From assembly GCA_046541715.1 (NCBI GenBank), contig JBKHCS010000005.1, positions 1-63,346 on the forward strand: a stretch of DNA of 63,346 nucleotides. The letters run 5' to 3'. The position numbers and the translations under genes were made by a program. The notes below the pieces were generated by a model. The model ran no database searches. It was not told the origin of the DNA and saw nothing but the letters and a program-made list of their open reading frames with translations. This document shows positions 1-10,121 of the stretch, piece by piece (within the stretch, counting starts at the first letter, position 1; each line of letters starts with the position of its first letter). Source of the stretch: Spirochaetaceae bacterium. Lineage in GTDB: Bacteria; Spirochaetota; Spirochaetia; DSM-27196; PWMO01.

Positions 1-290
1 CCCTCGGTCGTTCCGGACTCCAAGACGATACGCTTGGTCGTAAGCGCCGAGGAATGGACCCAGCCACTCACGCCGGCATCCGTATCCACACGGAACCAGG
101 GGCCCTGTTCTTGAAGAACTTCGACGCGGTCGCCGTAGGCAAGGACGGAAACAACCTGTCCGAGGAAGGCCGGGTTGGCTCGGAGCTGAGTTTCCCGGAC
201 GGTAACGCTCATCTCATTCGACAAAGCCAAGGTGGGGAACAATAGCATCAGCATGACGGCACAGACGACTACCCGATGTATGGATCTCAT
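1..290 (-). CDS. Secreted SH3b-domain protein (partial; C-terminus lies beyond window start)
   Basis: Absent from the ORF track because no stop lies in the window. Minus-strand ATG at 290-288. My translation is MRSIHRVVVCAVMLMLLFPTLALSNEMSVTVRETQLRANPAFLGQVVSVLAYGDRVEVLQEQGPWFRVDTDAGVSGWVHSSALTTKRIV: a signal peptide, then the bacterial SH3 pattern (GD.V.VL...G.W..V....G..GWV). Listed + ORF 54..245 is its antisense shadow. Confidence 0.6.
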   Translation of the reverse strand, partial: MRSIHRVVVCAVMLMLLFPTLALSNEMSVTVRETQLRANPAFLGQVVSVLAYGDRVEVLQEQGPWFRVDTDAGVSGWVHSSALTTKRIVLESGTTE

Positions 291-499
291 AATCGGGAAT
301 TGTACCACAGGATTAGACTAAAATGCCTGGCCGTCAACGAAACAGTTGCTTCGTCCGCTCCCCGGCCAAGGTCACGTACACACCGGGTCGCCGATAAGGT
401 GGGGGCGTACGAGACTCAGAGCGGCCTTGACTAGGTCGTAGGTCCAACCTCCTTCGGGAGTACTTCCGGTTAAGGCGATGGGTAGGATGCGTGAGATGG

Positions 500-2116
500 T
501 CATAATGCGGCTCCTCGACGATAGACGCTTCTTCCTGCAACAACGGTTTCTAGAACCACCAGGTCCTTAATTGTGTTCGACGGGACAGTCAACGGGTTAT
601 CGGAAAGGACGACGAAGTCCGCGTAGGAACCCGGAGAGAGGGTCCCTTTTTCGGCCTCTTGGCCCTCGGCGTAGGCGCTCTCGACGGTGTAACAGCGAAG
701 AGCCTCTTCCGGGGTAATCGCCTCGGGTCCCGGCCGGTTTACCGCCAGGTGAATGCCGTAAAGCGGGTTTACCGTGTCTTCCCCCGGGACGTCGGAACCG
801 AAGGAAAGGTGCACTCCGGCGTCGAGAAGCGAGCGATACGGGTAGGCACGTTCGTACCGGTCCCCGCCGAGAAGGGCTTGGTCCTTGGCCGGGTTCCACA
901 TTGCGTGGGGTTGGGCTGCGATAAGAACACCGAGACGCCGGAGCCGCGGCATGTCGGTTCTTCTGATAAGTTGGGCGTGCTCGAGGCGTAAACGAAGGCT
1001 CGTGACTTCGGGATAGGTCTCTGCCACCGCTTCCACCGCGTCGAGGAGGGTTGACACGGCCCGGTCGCCGATCGCGTGAAAGGCGGTCTGCCGTCGTCTT
1101 TCCGCGGCTTTCCGCACCAGCCCGTAGTAGTACGCACGGCTCCCTGTCGGGCTCCCGGTGTTCTCTGTTTCTCCTTCGTAGGGCTCGTGGAGCCAGGCGG
1201 TTCTGGTCGAGAAGGTGCCGTCGAGAAAGTACTTCCAGGGACCGATCCGGATAAAACGCCCGCCGGAACCGGGGGTGCCCATCATCCGAGCCATCGTCGG
1301 AGCGGGGCCGTAAGGCCAACAGGTAAAACGGCAGGTAAGGGCACCGACACTCCGGAGGGCACCCAAGTGGAGAAGGGTAGTGGGAAACCAGGTGTTATCT
1401 TGTACGCTGGTAATCCCCATCCGGGCGTAGGAGCGGAGAGCCCGGACCAAAAAGCGGCGGTTCTTTCGCGGGTCGGCGTGAAGGGCGACAAACCGCCGCC
1501 GGTGAAGCGGAACGATGGCGGCGTCCCGGAGAACGCCGGTCGGTTCTCCTCCGGCGTCCCGAATAATGACGCCTCCCGGGGGATCCGGCGTGTCCCTGGT
1601 GATGCCGAGTGCGGCGAGCACCCGACTGTTGACCCAGGCCCCGTGACCGGAAAACTGCAGCAGTACTACCGGGTTTTCCGGAAACGCCTCGTCGAGGAGC
1701 TCCTTCCTCGGTTCCGGGACGCTGTCGTAGTCCCATCCCTGGGCCAGAATGGTCTGTCCCCGGCCGACGTCGCGGTAGCGATCCGCAAGAAGTCGCAGGA
1801 TCGACTGCGCGTCCATTCCACCGAGACGGACCCGGGAGAGCATGTCGCCGTAGGCAACTGTATGAATGTGGTTGTCATTGAATCCGGGAACGACTACCCG
1901 ACCGCCGAGATCGTGAACCATCCGTGGGTGGAAACCGTCCGGTATGCGCGCCGAGACCTTTCGCCACTCTTCCCGGCTCCCGGTCCGGAGAATCCGTCCC
2001 CGATCGGTTTCGACGAAATAGGCTTCCGGTCGGCCGGAAGCCAAGGTTATAAACCGTCCGTTTATCCAGTAACGTCTTCCCACAGGCTTGCCGTCTCCCC
2101 CTTCTGACCCTATCAT
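500..2116 (-). CDS. Amidohydrolase-family metal-dependent hydrolase (YtcJ-like)
   Basis: ORF 500..2410 trimmed to the ATG at 2116 ([10 protein letters not shown]); the upstream extension overlaps the patatin gene. Motifs [10 protein letters not shown] (HxH), FHAIGD, SFGSDVP. The N-terminus [10 protein letters not shown]...VETDRGRIL is typical of this family. Confidence 0.8.
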   Translation of the reverse strand: MIGSEGGDGKPVGRRYWINGRFITLASGRPEAYFVETDRGRILRTGSREEWRKVSARIPDGFHPRMVHDLGGRVVVPGFNDNHIHTVAYGDMLSRVRLGGMDAQSILRLLADRYRDVGRGQTILAQGWDYDSVPEPRKELLDEAFPENPVVLLQFSGHGAWVNSRVLAALGITRDTPDPPGGVIIRDAGGEPTGVLRDAAIVPLHRRRFVALHADPRKNRRFLVRALRSYARMGITSVQDNTWFPTTLLHLGALRSVGALTCRFTCWPYGPAPTMARMMGTPGSGGRFIRIGPWKYFLDGTFSTRTAWLHEPYEGETENTGSPTGSRAYYYGLVRKAAERRRQTAFHAIGDRAVSTLLDAVEAVAETYPEVTSLRLRLEHAQLIRRTDMPRLRRLGVLIAAQPHAMWNPAKDQALLGGDRYERAYPYRSLLDAGVHLSFGSDVPGEDTVNPLYGIHLAVNRPGPEAITPEEALRCYTVESAYAEGQEAEKGTLSPGSYADFVVLSDNPLTVPSNTIKDLVVLETVVAGRSVYRRGAAL

Positions 2117-2132
2117 ACACAGCAAAGGGACA

Positions 2133-3050
2133 ATGGCTAAGAGGATAGGAATCGCCTTTGGTGGGGGAGGGGCCCGGGGTCTTGCCCACGTTGGGGTCAT
2201 GAAGGCTCTCGAACCGCACCCCGAACTCAGACCGACACTCTTCGCAGGGAGCTCCGCCGGTTCTATCGCCGGAGCCTTGTTTGCCGCAGGGCTTTCGTTG
2301 AGCGAAATCGAGCGGGCGACGGGGGAGATGGAGTGGTTCCGGGATGTTATCCGCCTCTCGGATACCGTGCGGCATATTTTCGAAGGGTTCCAAGGCGGGT
2401 TGGTTTCCAACGAGAAGCTCGGCGAGACCCTGAACGACCTCCTCGGTCACAGGACCTTCGATCAACTTCCCTACGACCTCGCCGTGGTAACGAGCGATCT
2501 GGAGAGCCGCGCCCGGGTTGTCTTTACCTCGAAACGGGTGGTCGCCCGACTGGACCGCAAACCGCTGACCGACTTTCTTCCGCCGCCGGATTACGCCAAA
2601 CCGGGGGTTCAGACCGTTATCGTCTCGGACGTGGTGGACGTGGGTCTGGCCGTCCGGGCAAGCTGCGCGGTTCCCGGGGTCTTCGTTCCGGTTAAGATAG
2701 CCGGTATGCATCTGGTTGACGGCGGCGTCTTCGACCAGGTACCCGTTGATGTCGTAAAGGGGATGGGTGCCGATCTCACCATCGGCGTAAGCCTCGGACT
2801 CGGCTATCAAGGGCGGCAGTCAGGCAGCGCGATTCAAGTTCTCGGAGCGACCATCAGCTACTTGGGTCTCCATCAGATACGTCGAAGCCTGGATATGGCG
2901 GATCTGGGATTCCAGGTTTCGGGGATCGACAGCCGCAGTCCCGTCCGAGAGGGGCAGAGAGACCTAATCGCGATCGGAGAAAAAGATATGCAGGAACGGA
3001 TTCCCCTCCTCAGGCAACGGGTCCGGGGCCCCTGGGCCGCTCTCTACTGA
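2133..3050 (+). CDS. Patatin-like phospholipase
   Basis: ORF 2088..3050 trimmed to the ATG at 2133, preceded by AAAGGGA. Motifs GGGGARGLAHVG (oxyanion hole), GSSAGS (GxSxG nucleophile), LVDGGV (catalytic Asp). Confidence 0.85.
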   Translation: MAKRIGIAFGGGGARGLAHVGVMKALEPHPELRPTLFAGSSAGSIAGALFAAGLSLSEIERATGEMEWFRDVIRLSDTVRHIFEGFQGGLVSNEKLGETLNDLLGHRTFDQLPYDLAVVTSDLESRARVVFTSKRVVARLDRKPLTDFLPPPDYAKPGVQTVIVSDVVDVGLAVRASCAVPGVFVPVKIAGMHLVDGGVFDQVPVDVVKGMGADLTIGVSLGLGYQGRQSGSAIQVLGATISYLGLHQIRRSLDMADLGFQVSGIDSRSPVREGQRDLIAIGEKDMQERIPLLRQRVRGPWAALY

Positions 3051-3700
3051 AGGTCGCTCATCTCGATAGGCCAGGTGTACGCCTGCCGGCTGCTGTTTAG
3101 CTCCACCCGGAACGAGTAGTCGTCGGTATCCTCGTCGACGGCAAGTACGTCGTAAGAGACGGTAGAATCGGAAACGGGTACCGCAAGGGAGAGCTGATCG
3201 TCCGGCCCGAGTATCGTCCGGGCGTCCAACATGTCGACACCCCACATCTCCGAGTCACTTGGGGAAAAGAAGACGAAGTACATCTCGTAGGGTGTGTCGT
3301 TCGTGAGGGTAACTTCGGCAAAACTAAAGCGCCCCGTTCCGTTCGGGTCGTAGTGGTCCAGGCTAATCTCTATGGACCCAGGCTTGCCGTCGCAGATCTC
3401 GTAGTCCCAGACAAAGTAGGTGTCACCGTCTTCGTCGATCGCCATAAAGTCGAAAGTGTTGCACTGCTCCGGGTAGTGGAGGTAGAAGTCGATTTCCTGA
3501 CCGTTATCGAGGGACCGGGTGCTGCCGAGGATGTCGGCTCCCCATTCGTCGCTGTCTCCCGGGGAAAAGAAGAGATACAGGATATCGAACCCGGAATCGT
3601 TGTAAAAGGTAATCGAGTTGAGCTCCTCGGGGTTCATCGCCGCCAAGGAGCCGGCCAAAAGCGTTGCCACGAGGAACGTCAGCAATGTACGTTTCATCAT
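3044..3700 (-). CDS. Secreted protein made of two tandem copies of an uncharacterised ~75-aa domain
   Basis: ORF 3044..3856 trimmed to ATGATG at 3700, with GGAGG upstream. Signal peptide MMKRTLLTFLVATLLAGSLAA. Two clearly homologous halves (ITFYNDSGFDILYLFFSPGDSDEWGADIL...AIDEDGDTY and VTLTNDTPYEMYFVFFSPSDSEMWGVDML...AVDEDTDDY). Confidence 0.6.
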   Translation of the reverse strand: MMKRTLLTFLVATLLAGSLAAMNPEELNSITFYNDSGFDILYLFFSPGDSDEWGADILGSTRSLDNGQEIDFYLHYPEQCNTFDFMAIDEDGDTYFVWDYEICDGKPGSIEISLDHYDPNGTGRFSFAEVTLTNDTPYEMYFVFFSPSDSEMWGVDMLDARTILGPDDQLSLAVPVSDSTVSYDVLAVDEDTDDYSFRVELNSSRQAYTWPIEMSDLQ

Positions 3701-3796
3701 CAGCCTCCGGAAAAGCGGCAGTAAGTTCCTTATTACTATAGTCCATTTCGTCCGGATGACAACGCAGGGAGACCGAATAGTGAGCGAACTGTCAAT

Positions 3797-4933
3797 ATGA
3801 ACGGATCGGATAAGCAGCGTCCAAAGTGGTCTCGCGTCGAAGGGCGACTTGTCCACTATCTGACGGCGGGTCCCCTGGCGCTCGCGACCATCGGGGTCTC
3901 AATTCTTATGCTCTTGGCCGATACGCCCTATCTGGTTGTCCAGGGTTCATACGCCCTCCGTGACATCTTCGGCGCACGTCCCTTCGACAGGGTGCCGAAT
4001 CCTTCGGAGTCCGAGGAGCTTCTCTTCTCCCGGGCGCGGGATATCAGAAGCTTCGGTATCGGCGAGCTCGGCCTAGCGGACACCGATAGTTATACCCGGT
4101 ACCGGCGAATAGAGCGCGAGGCCCTGGTCTGGGTTGTATCCGGAGTCAGACAGACTGCGTGGGAGCGGCACCTCTGGCGCTATCCCTTTGTCGGCGCCCT
4201 CCCGTATCGCGGTTACTATCGTCCCGAGGCGGCGCGCCGGGAGGCGGAGCGCCTAAAGGCCGGAGGCTACGATACCATCGTGCGACCGGTTACGGCCTAT
4301 TCCTTTCTTGGGGTGGTTCCAGACCCGCTCTACTCCTTTGCGGTAGGCCGGCCGCACTCTTCTTTGGCCGACCTGATTCTCCACGAGATGGCCCACGCCA
4401 CGCTCTTCGTATCGGGCTCCGGCGCGTTTAACGAGAATTTTGCCACCTTCGTGGGGCAGGAGGGTTCCCGGAGATACATCGTCCGAACGTACGGCGCCGG
4501 TTCTCCGGAGTATGAGCAAATGCTCGCTCGCCGGAAAGACCGGGACGCCGCCCGGCGGCTTCTGATGGGGCTCCATGAACGGCTGGTCGTACTCTTTGAA
4601 GAGAAAGGGCGAGTGGACCTGCTTGCCGCGAAGGAGGAGATATACCGAGAGTTCCAGTCCGACCTGCAGGCGAATTACCAACGCTACTTCCAGACCGACG
4701 GCTACCGGTGGCTTGCCGAGAGGGAGCTGAATAACGCGGTGGTGGACCTCTTTATGACCTATTCCGGGGAGGTAGATCTGTTCTACCGTCTTTTGGATGC
4801 CCGGGGGGGCTCCCTCGAGGCGGTTCTCGAGGAGCTGAAGAGCCGACGCCGGGAAATCCGACGGAAGGGCCTCGACGCCGTGCGTCGTTTAGCGGAAGTC
4901 TCTGCTTTCGACGGGGGTGGGAGCGACGGATAG
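3797..4933 (+). CDS. Putative zinc aminopeptidase (DUF2265-like predicted aminopeptidase)
   Basis: 378-aa ORF with an N-terminal hydrophobic anchor and the zincin motif LILHEMAHATLF (HExxH). Overall layout resembles the predicted-aminopeptidase family. Its 3' end overlaps dnaE2 convergently by 45 nt. Confidence 0.55.
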   Translation: MNGSDKQRPKWSRVEGRLVHYLTAGPLALATIGVSILMLLADTPYLVVQGSYALRDIFGARPFDRVPNPSESEELLFSRARDIRSFGIGELGLADTDSYTRYRRIEREALVWVVSGVRQTAWERHLWRYPFVGALPYRGYYRPEAARREAERLKAGGYDTIVRPVTAYSFLGVVPDPLYSFAVGRPHSSLADLILHEMAHATLFVSGSGAFNENFATFVGQEGSRRYIVRTYGAGSPEYEQMLARRKDRDAARRLLMGLHERLVVLFEEKGRVDLLAAKEEIYREFQSDLQANYQRYFQTDGYRWLAERELNNAVVDLFMTYSGEVDLFYRLLDARGGSLEAVLEELKSRRREIRRKGLDAVRRLAEVSAFDGGGSDG

Positions 4934-7900
4934 CGCCGGCGAAAAGCACGCCTCGACGATAAGATGGGGTAATCCTTCGCCCCGTTCCACCCGGCCGGAG
5001 ACCCCCAAGAACGAAGAGCTCAGAATGATGTTCCGGTGCTCTTCGAAGGTTTGTCGCCGGATGACGAGATTCACAAAGCCGCTCTCGTCCTCCAGGGTGA
5101 TAAACACGGTACCGCCGGCGGTATCCGGCCGCTGCCTGCAGATCACGAGCCCCGCGTAGCTTACACGACTTCCTTCCGGAGACGACCGGAGTGTTTGGGC
5201 GTCGGGGAATCCCTGGTCCGTAAGCTCACTGCGGTAAGGCTCCAAGGGGTGACCGGTGGTGCTGTGGGCACCCCAGGTATAGTCCCACCGGATTTCGTCG
5301 GCCCGGCTCAAGAGGGGAAGCTCGACCGGCTCGGTTCCCAGATCGAAGGCGTTTGCCGGCACCCCACTCCCGGCTCCCCCGGAGACGCCCCAGAGGGCCT
5401 CCCGGCGCTCCCTTCCAAAGCACCCAAGGGCACCGCTTTGCGCCAGGGCCGCTAGGGTATCTTGCGGAAGCCGGGTCTCTTGGACGAACGCTTCGAATCG
5501 AGGTGCTTCTCCGGTGCCGGATAGACCTTCGCGGTAGGTGTGGATGCGCTGCCAATCACCCTTTCCGAGTCCCTTGACGAATCGCAAGCCCATCCGAAGG
5601 GCGTACCGAGGCGCGTGGACCCCGGCGTTCCGAGGCCGGGGTAGGCGCAAGCTCTCGGGGACTTGCCTTAAGGGTACCAACCGGCAGTCCCAATCGCTCG
5701 AGAGAAGGTCCATCGGCAGTACCGTAACGCCGTGGCGCTTCGCGTCCTCGACGATGGTAGCCGGTGCGTAGAAGCCCATGGGCCAGGCGTTGAGAAGGGC
5801 GCAGACAAAGACCTCCGGGAAGTGGTAGCGCATCCAGGCGGTACAGTAGGCAATCAAGGCAAAGCTCGCGGCGTGGCTCTCCGGAAAACCATACTCACCG
5901 AATCCCTTAATCTGGTCGAAGACCCGCTTGGCAAACTCCTCCGGGATCCCCTTGGCGACCATCCGGGAGACCAACTTTTCTCCGTGGTGTTCCATACTCC
6001 CGCTTTTTCGCCAGGCTGCCATGTCCCGCCGGAGCTGATCCGCCTCACCGGGGGTATAGTCCGCGGCGACGATTGCCAGTTTCATCACCTGTTCCTGGAA
6101 GAGGGGGACTCCGAGCGTCTTCTTGAGAACCGGCTCCAGCTTGGGGTGAGGGAAGGTGATCGGTTCTTCGCCGTTCCGGCGCCGGAGATAGGGGTGCACC
6201 ATGCCGCCGGTAATGGGCCCCGGCCTGACGATGCTGACCTCGATAACCAAGTCGTAGAAGGTTTTCGGACGTAGACGGGGAAGCATCGCCATTTGGGCCC
6301 GGCTTTCTACCTGAAAAACCCCGACCGTATCCCCCCGGCTGAGCATGCCGAAGACCCCGGCGTCCTTCGCCGGGATGGTAGCCATCGAGAGGTCGACGGC
6401 AAAGTGCTCCTTGAGAAGACGAAAAGAGTAGTCGAGGTGGGTCAAGGCCCCGAGACCGAGGAGGTCTACTTTAAAGAGCCCCATCGCCTCGACATCGTAC
6501 TTATCCCACTGAATAACGGTTCGGCCGGGCATGGTGGCGTTCTCCACCGGGACGATGCGATGCACCGCCTCGCTTCCCAGGAGGAATCCCCCGGGATGAA
6601 TCGAAAGATGCCGGGGGAAGCCGAGAATCTCCCGGCAGAGCCGGCGAAAGAGGGAGACAACCGAGGGGCCGTGCTTTTCCCGGGAAGCGTCTTCCGGCTC
6701 TTCGATAAGCGTCGCAAAGGCCTCCTCCAAGCTGCTGTCCCGGTGGGAGAGGAGCTTGGCCATGCGGTCGAGGGTGGTCTCGGGAAACCCGAGGACCTTC
6801 CCGACGTCCCGGACCGCCGACCGTGGGCGGTAACGAACCAGGTTCGCGACCATGGCCGCCCGGTCCCGACCGTACTTCCGGTACATGTGGGCGATAACCT
6901 CTTCCCGACGGCGGTGCTCGATGTCGAGATCGATGTCCGGTGGCTCCGCCCGTTCTCTGGATAAGAAGCGCTCAAAGAGCAAGTCCATTCGAACCGGGTC
7001 GATCGCCGTAATACCGAGGCAGTAGCACACAGCCGAATTGGCCGCAGAGCCCCGGCCTTGGCAGAGAATACCCTCTTTCCGGCAGTACTCCACCAGGTCC
7101 CACATGGTCAAGAAGTAGCCGCAGTAGTCCAGTTCGCCGATAACTGCAAGCTCTCGTTCGAGTTGGGCGAGAACCGCTTCCGGCACGTGCTCTCCGTAGC
7201 GTTTCTTTGCCCCTTCGTAGGTAAGCTCCCGAAGACGGTTCTCGGTGGTATATCCCCCGGGGAGATGCTCCGAGGGGTAGCGGTAGGTAATCTCGTCCAG
7301 AGAAAAGGTACACTCTGCGGCAATTTCCTCGGTTCTCCGGAGAAGCTCCTCCGATTCCGGATAGCGGTTGCGGATTTCCTCGAGGCTCGGCATGGCGTAG
7401 CTGTCGTTAGGGCGAAGCTCCGTTCCGGTTTCCGTCAGGCGGATACCCCGGCGGATACAGGTAAGGGTGTCTTGGAGCATCTGTCGCTCGGCGTCGTGGT
7501 AGAGAATCTCCGGAAGCGCCACCGCCGGAATTCCCAACAGGTCGGCCACCTCGAGAGCCTCCGACGTGGAGCGCTTCTCCTCCGGGGTGTAGTGCCGGGA
7601 GATACCCAGGTAGAGCTTTCCGGGAAAGCGGGCCTTTAACTCCGGAAAGAAGACCTTCGGCGGCGGAGGGTTTCCGGAAGAAGCCTCCGGAAGGTCCGGC
7701 GGCAAGATAACGGCGATAAGGTCCCTCCCGTGGTCGCAGATCTCCTGCAATTCTACCGAGCTTTCCCCCTTAGGGCTCCGCATACGTCCTCTGCTAATGA
7801 GGGTCGAGAGGTCTCCGTAGCCGGAGGCATTCTTTACTAGGAGCAAGAGGGAATGAGCCTCTTTGACGGTAATTTGGGAACCGACGATCAGCTTTATTCC

Positions 7901-8077
7901 GTATTCCTTTGCGGCGAGATGGCCCCGGACCACACCGTAAAGCCCGTCGAGATCGGTTATTGCGACGGCGGGTAGGCCAAACCTCCCGGCGGTTTCCACC
8001 AACTCCTCCGGAGTACTCGCCCCGATGAGGAAGGAGTGGTTGCTCTTGCACCAGAGGGGAACGTAGCCGGAGCTCAT
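4889..8077 (-). CDS. dnaE2: Error-prone DNA polymerase III alpha-like subunit DnaE2 (ImuC)
   Basis: ORF trimmed to the ATG at 8077 (MSSGYVPLWCKSNHSFLIGAS, PHP-domain start), which forms an ATGA overlap with the imuB stop. About 1060 aa with a PolIII-alpha core (GRGSAANSAVCYCLGIT, IHPGG, FQVESR). Sits last in an imuA-imuB-dnaE2 order. Confidence 0.9.
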   Translation of the reverse strand: MSSGYVPLWCKSNHSFLIGASTPEELVETAGRFGLPAVAITDLDGLYGVVRGHLAAKEYGIKLIVGSQITVKEAHSLLLLVKNASGYGDLSTLISRGRMRSPKGESSVELQEICDHGRDLIAVILPPDLPEASSGNPPPPKVFFPELKARFPGKLYLGISRHYTPEEKRSTSEALEVADLLGIPAVALPEILYHDAERQMLQDTLTCIRRGIRLTETGTELRPNDSYAMPSLEEIRNRYPESEELLRRTEEIAAECTFSLDEITYRYPSEHLPGGYTTENRLRELTYEGAKKRYGEHVPEAVLAQLERELAVIGELDYCGYFLTMWDLVEYCRKEGILCQGRGSAANSAVCYCLGITAIDPVRMDLLFERFLSRERAEPPDIDLDIEHRRREEVIAHMYRKYGRDRAAMVANLVRYRPRSAVRDVGKVLGFPETTLDRMAKLLSHRDSSLEEAFATLIEEPEDASREKHGPSVVSLFRRLCREILGFPRHLSIHPGGFLLGSEAVHRIVPVENATMPGRTVIQWDKYDVEAMGLFKVDLLGLGALTHLDYSFRLLKEHFAVDLSMATIPAKDAGVFGMLSRGDTVGVFQVESRAQMAMLPRLRPKTFYDLVIEVSIVRPGPITGGMVHPYLRRRNGEEPITFPHPKLEPVLKKTLGVPLFQEQVMKLAIVAADYTPGEADQLRRDMAAWRKSGSMEHHGEKLVSRMVAKGIPEEFAKRVFDQIKGFGEYGFPESHAASFALIAYCTAWMRYHFPEVFVCALLNAWPMGFYAPATIVEDAKRHGVTVLPMDLLSSDWDCRLVPLRQVPESLRLPRPRNAGVHAPRYALRMGLRFVKGLGKGDWQRIHTYREGLSGTGEAPRFEAFVQETRLPQDTLAALAQSGALGCFGRERREALWGVSGGAGSGVPANAFDLGTEPVELPLLSRADEIRWDYTWGAHSTTGHPLEPYRSELTDQGFPDAQTLRSSPEGSRVSYAGLVICRQRPDTAGGTVFITLEDESGFVNLVIRRQTFEEHRNIILSSSFLGVSGRVERGEGLPHLIVEACFSPALSVAPTPVESRDFR

Positions 8078-9537
8078 TGGATGGCTCCCTGGAGCATCCA
8101 ACGCCCGGCCCTTTTGTCGTAGTAGAGCCAGAGGGGGGTGCCCCTGTCGTCGTCGACGTAGTAGTAGGCCCGGTGGTAACTCTTGGACCACCACCCGCCG
8201 CTATAGAGGAAGGGCCCGGCGCTAAAGCTTCCCCGGGGCTCCTCTTTCAAAAGAAGGGGGGAAGCAAGAATCCGCCGGACGACCGTAGGCACTCCGGGAA
8301 TCGCGATCGATTCTTCCGGCTTTCGAGGGAGCAAGCGAAAGCGCGAGAGATCGTCTACCCAGACGTACTGTTCTTCCGGAAGATACCCCATTTGTGTTTG
8401 GGCTACGGCGACGCTCCGGTTGCCGAACTCTGCCTGGATGAGGGAAAAGGCCTTAGTCGCCATAGCCCAGTCGTGACGATGGTTCTCGCCGCCGAAGAGA
8501 GCCCCCTGGGTGTTTCTAGCCTCTCGGGTATCACAACGGAGGCGGACACCTTCTATGCGGCTCGAGAAGGCAAGCCCCCCGAGGCGGAGCCGGAGAAGCC
8601 GGCGAAGGAGAGCCGGCCGGGTGGTGGCCGTGGCAGGGGCAATTTCTTCCAGCTCGGAGGCACCGTCTTCGAAATAGAGTCCGACCCACAGCTTTTGGAC
8701 CGCAAGCCGCGCCTCGGTTACCTCTACGATCAGCCGTTCCAAGAGCTCATCGAGGTGGACCATTATCTCGTCGAGTCCCGAGAGGGGGGCGGTAAGGTTC
8801 TTTGTGTAAGAGAACTCCTGTTCCTCTTCGAGGCTCTGGAAGGGGAGCTCGAGATCCCCGGATGCAAAGTGATAGACCTTGGCGGCCTCGGACCCAAGGC
8901 GCCGGGCAACCTCACTTCCCGGCAGCTGCAAGAAGTCCCGGACGGTGTATAGCCCCAGATCCACCAGGCGCCGGCGGACCTTTGGGGGCAGGGGAAGGAG
9001 CTCTAAAGATGCTCTCGCCGCGGTCCGGCGTTCCTCCAGGGGCTCGTGCAGAAGCGTCGGGGCCGTGCTGCCGGCGGCAACGAGGTAGCTACCGAAGCGG
9101 GAAAACCCGACGGCAATACGCGCATCAAGTCCTTCCTCCTCCAGGGTTTCGACGATTGCGTCCATCCAGGCGGAAAAGGAGTCAAACAACGGAAAGAGGC
9201 CTGCAGCGTCTATCCAGAGCGTTCCCAGGTCGAAGTCGCAGAGCTCGATCTCCGGGGCGAAGCGACGCAGGCGCGCGACAACTCTTCCCCGATGTTCCAC
9301 CAGCAGAGATTCGGAAACGACACCCGCCTGAAGACGGGGCTCCAGGGTAAGCGCCGTGGCGTAGCGCATACCCCGGCGGACACCCCGATCCCTCGCTTTA
9401 CCGTTTATCGAGAGGATATGACCGTTTGGGCTGTCCGCGGATATAACCGCCACGGCCTCCCGGCGCCATGGCGGGTGTTGCATCATGAGGATCTGGAGCG
9501 AAAACTCCGGAAGGTTAACGCAGGCCAATCGGGGCAT
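8074..9537 (-). CDS. imuB: ImuB, Y-family-polymerase-like accessory protein
   Basis: ORF trimmed to the ATG at 9537 (MPRLACVNLPEFSLQILMM, typical ImuB/DinB-like N-terminus). Position between imuA-like and dnaE2. About 487 aa. Confidence 0.8.
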   Translation of the reverse strand: MPRLACVNLPEFSLQILMMQHPPWRREAVAVISADSPNGHILSINGKARDRGVRRGMRYATALTLEPRLQAGVVSESLLVEHRGRVVARLRRFAPEIELCDFDLGTLWIDAAGLFPLFDSFSAWMDAIVETLEEEGLDARIAVGFSRFGSYLVAAGSTAPTLLHEPLEERRTAARASLELLPLPPKVRRRLVDLGLYTVRDFLQLPGSEVARRLGSEAAKVYHFASGDLELPFQSLEEEQEFSYTKNLTAPLSGLDEIMVHLDELLERLIVEVTEARLAVQKLWVGLYFEDGASELEEIAPATATTRPALLRRLLRLRLGGLAFSSRIEGVRLRCDTREARNTQGALFGGENHRHDWAMATKAFSLIQAEFGNRSVAVAQTQMGYLPEEQYVWVDDLSRFRLLPRKPEESIAIPGVPTVVRRILASPLLLKEEPRGSFSAGPFLYSGGWWSKSYHRAYYYVDDDRGTPLWLYYDKRAGRWMLQGAIQ

Positions 9538-10105
9538 GGTAGGTGATACGCCGTCGCCATTGAGGAGCCGCACGCCGGTCCCTTTCGGCGGTCAGGGTTA
9601 AATCGAGGCGCCCCTCGCCGGCAGGCTCGAGGCGGGTATCGAGCCGGAGGGACGTTAAGCTGCCGAAGATGCTCCGGAACGTACCCTTGAGGGCCGAAAG
9701 GGCCACCACTCCACACCGTACCTTTCCCGCGAGCCTCATAAGACGGCCGGCGATACCGTCCGGAATTCCCGGGTGCTTTGACATATCGAGAACAATCAGA
9801 CCAAAGGCCTCGCTCCGGAGAAGATACTCCAGGGCCTTCGTTGCTTTCGTGGGCGTATCGATCCAGAAAAAGGTGAGAAGCGAGAGGTCGACGCCGTTTC
9901 TTTCGAGATCCGGGGGAAAGACGGTGTGGAGGGTCGTCGAAATCCAGCCGCAGAGCTCGCCTTGCTGCTGCGCTTCCGCCAGCAGCGAAGAAACCAGGGA
10001 AAGTTGGCCGGATCCGGAAATTTCTACCAGACTACCGGCTATCCGTCGGTAGCCGAATGTCGGGAGATCCGATGGTGATGGGAGGTCTTTTGCCGGAAGA
10101 AGCAT
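9515..10105 (-). CDS. imuA: ImuA-like (SulA/RecA-fold) cassette protein
   Basis: 196-aa ORF overlapping the imuB start by 23 nt. GSLVEISGSG...LCGWI and LIVLD segments resemble the truncated RecA/SulA fold of ImuA. The call rests mainly on cassette position. Confidence 0.6.
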   Translation of the reverse strand: MLLPAKDLPSPSDLPTFGYRRIAGSLVEISGSGQLSLVSSLLAEAQQQGELCGWISTTLHTVFPPDLERNGVDLSLLTFFWIDTPTKATKALEYLLRSEAFGLIVLDMSKHPGIPDGIAGRLMRLAGKVRCGVVALSALKGTFRSIFGSLTSLRLDTRLEPAGEGRLDLTLTAERDRRAAPQWRRRITYHAPIGLR

Positions 10106-10121
10106 CGAGAAAAGATTACTA

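Noticed and set aside
2133-3050. Patatin phospholipase as a CBASS-type effector
   Set aside because: No CD-NTase, cyclase or sensor gene is adjacent. The neighbours are an amidohydrolase and a secreted repeat protein.
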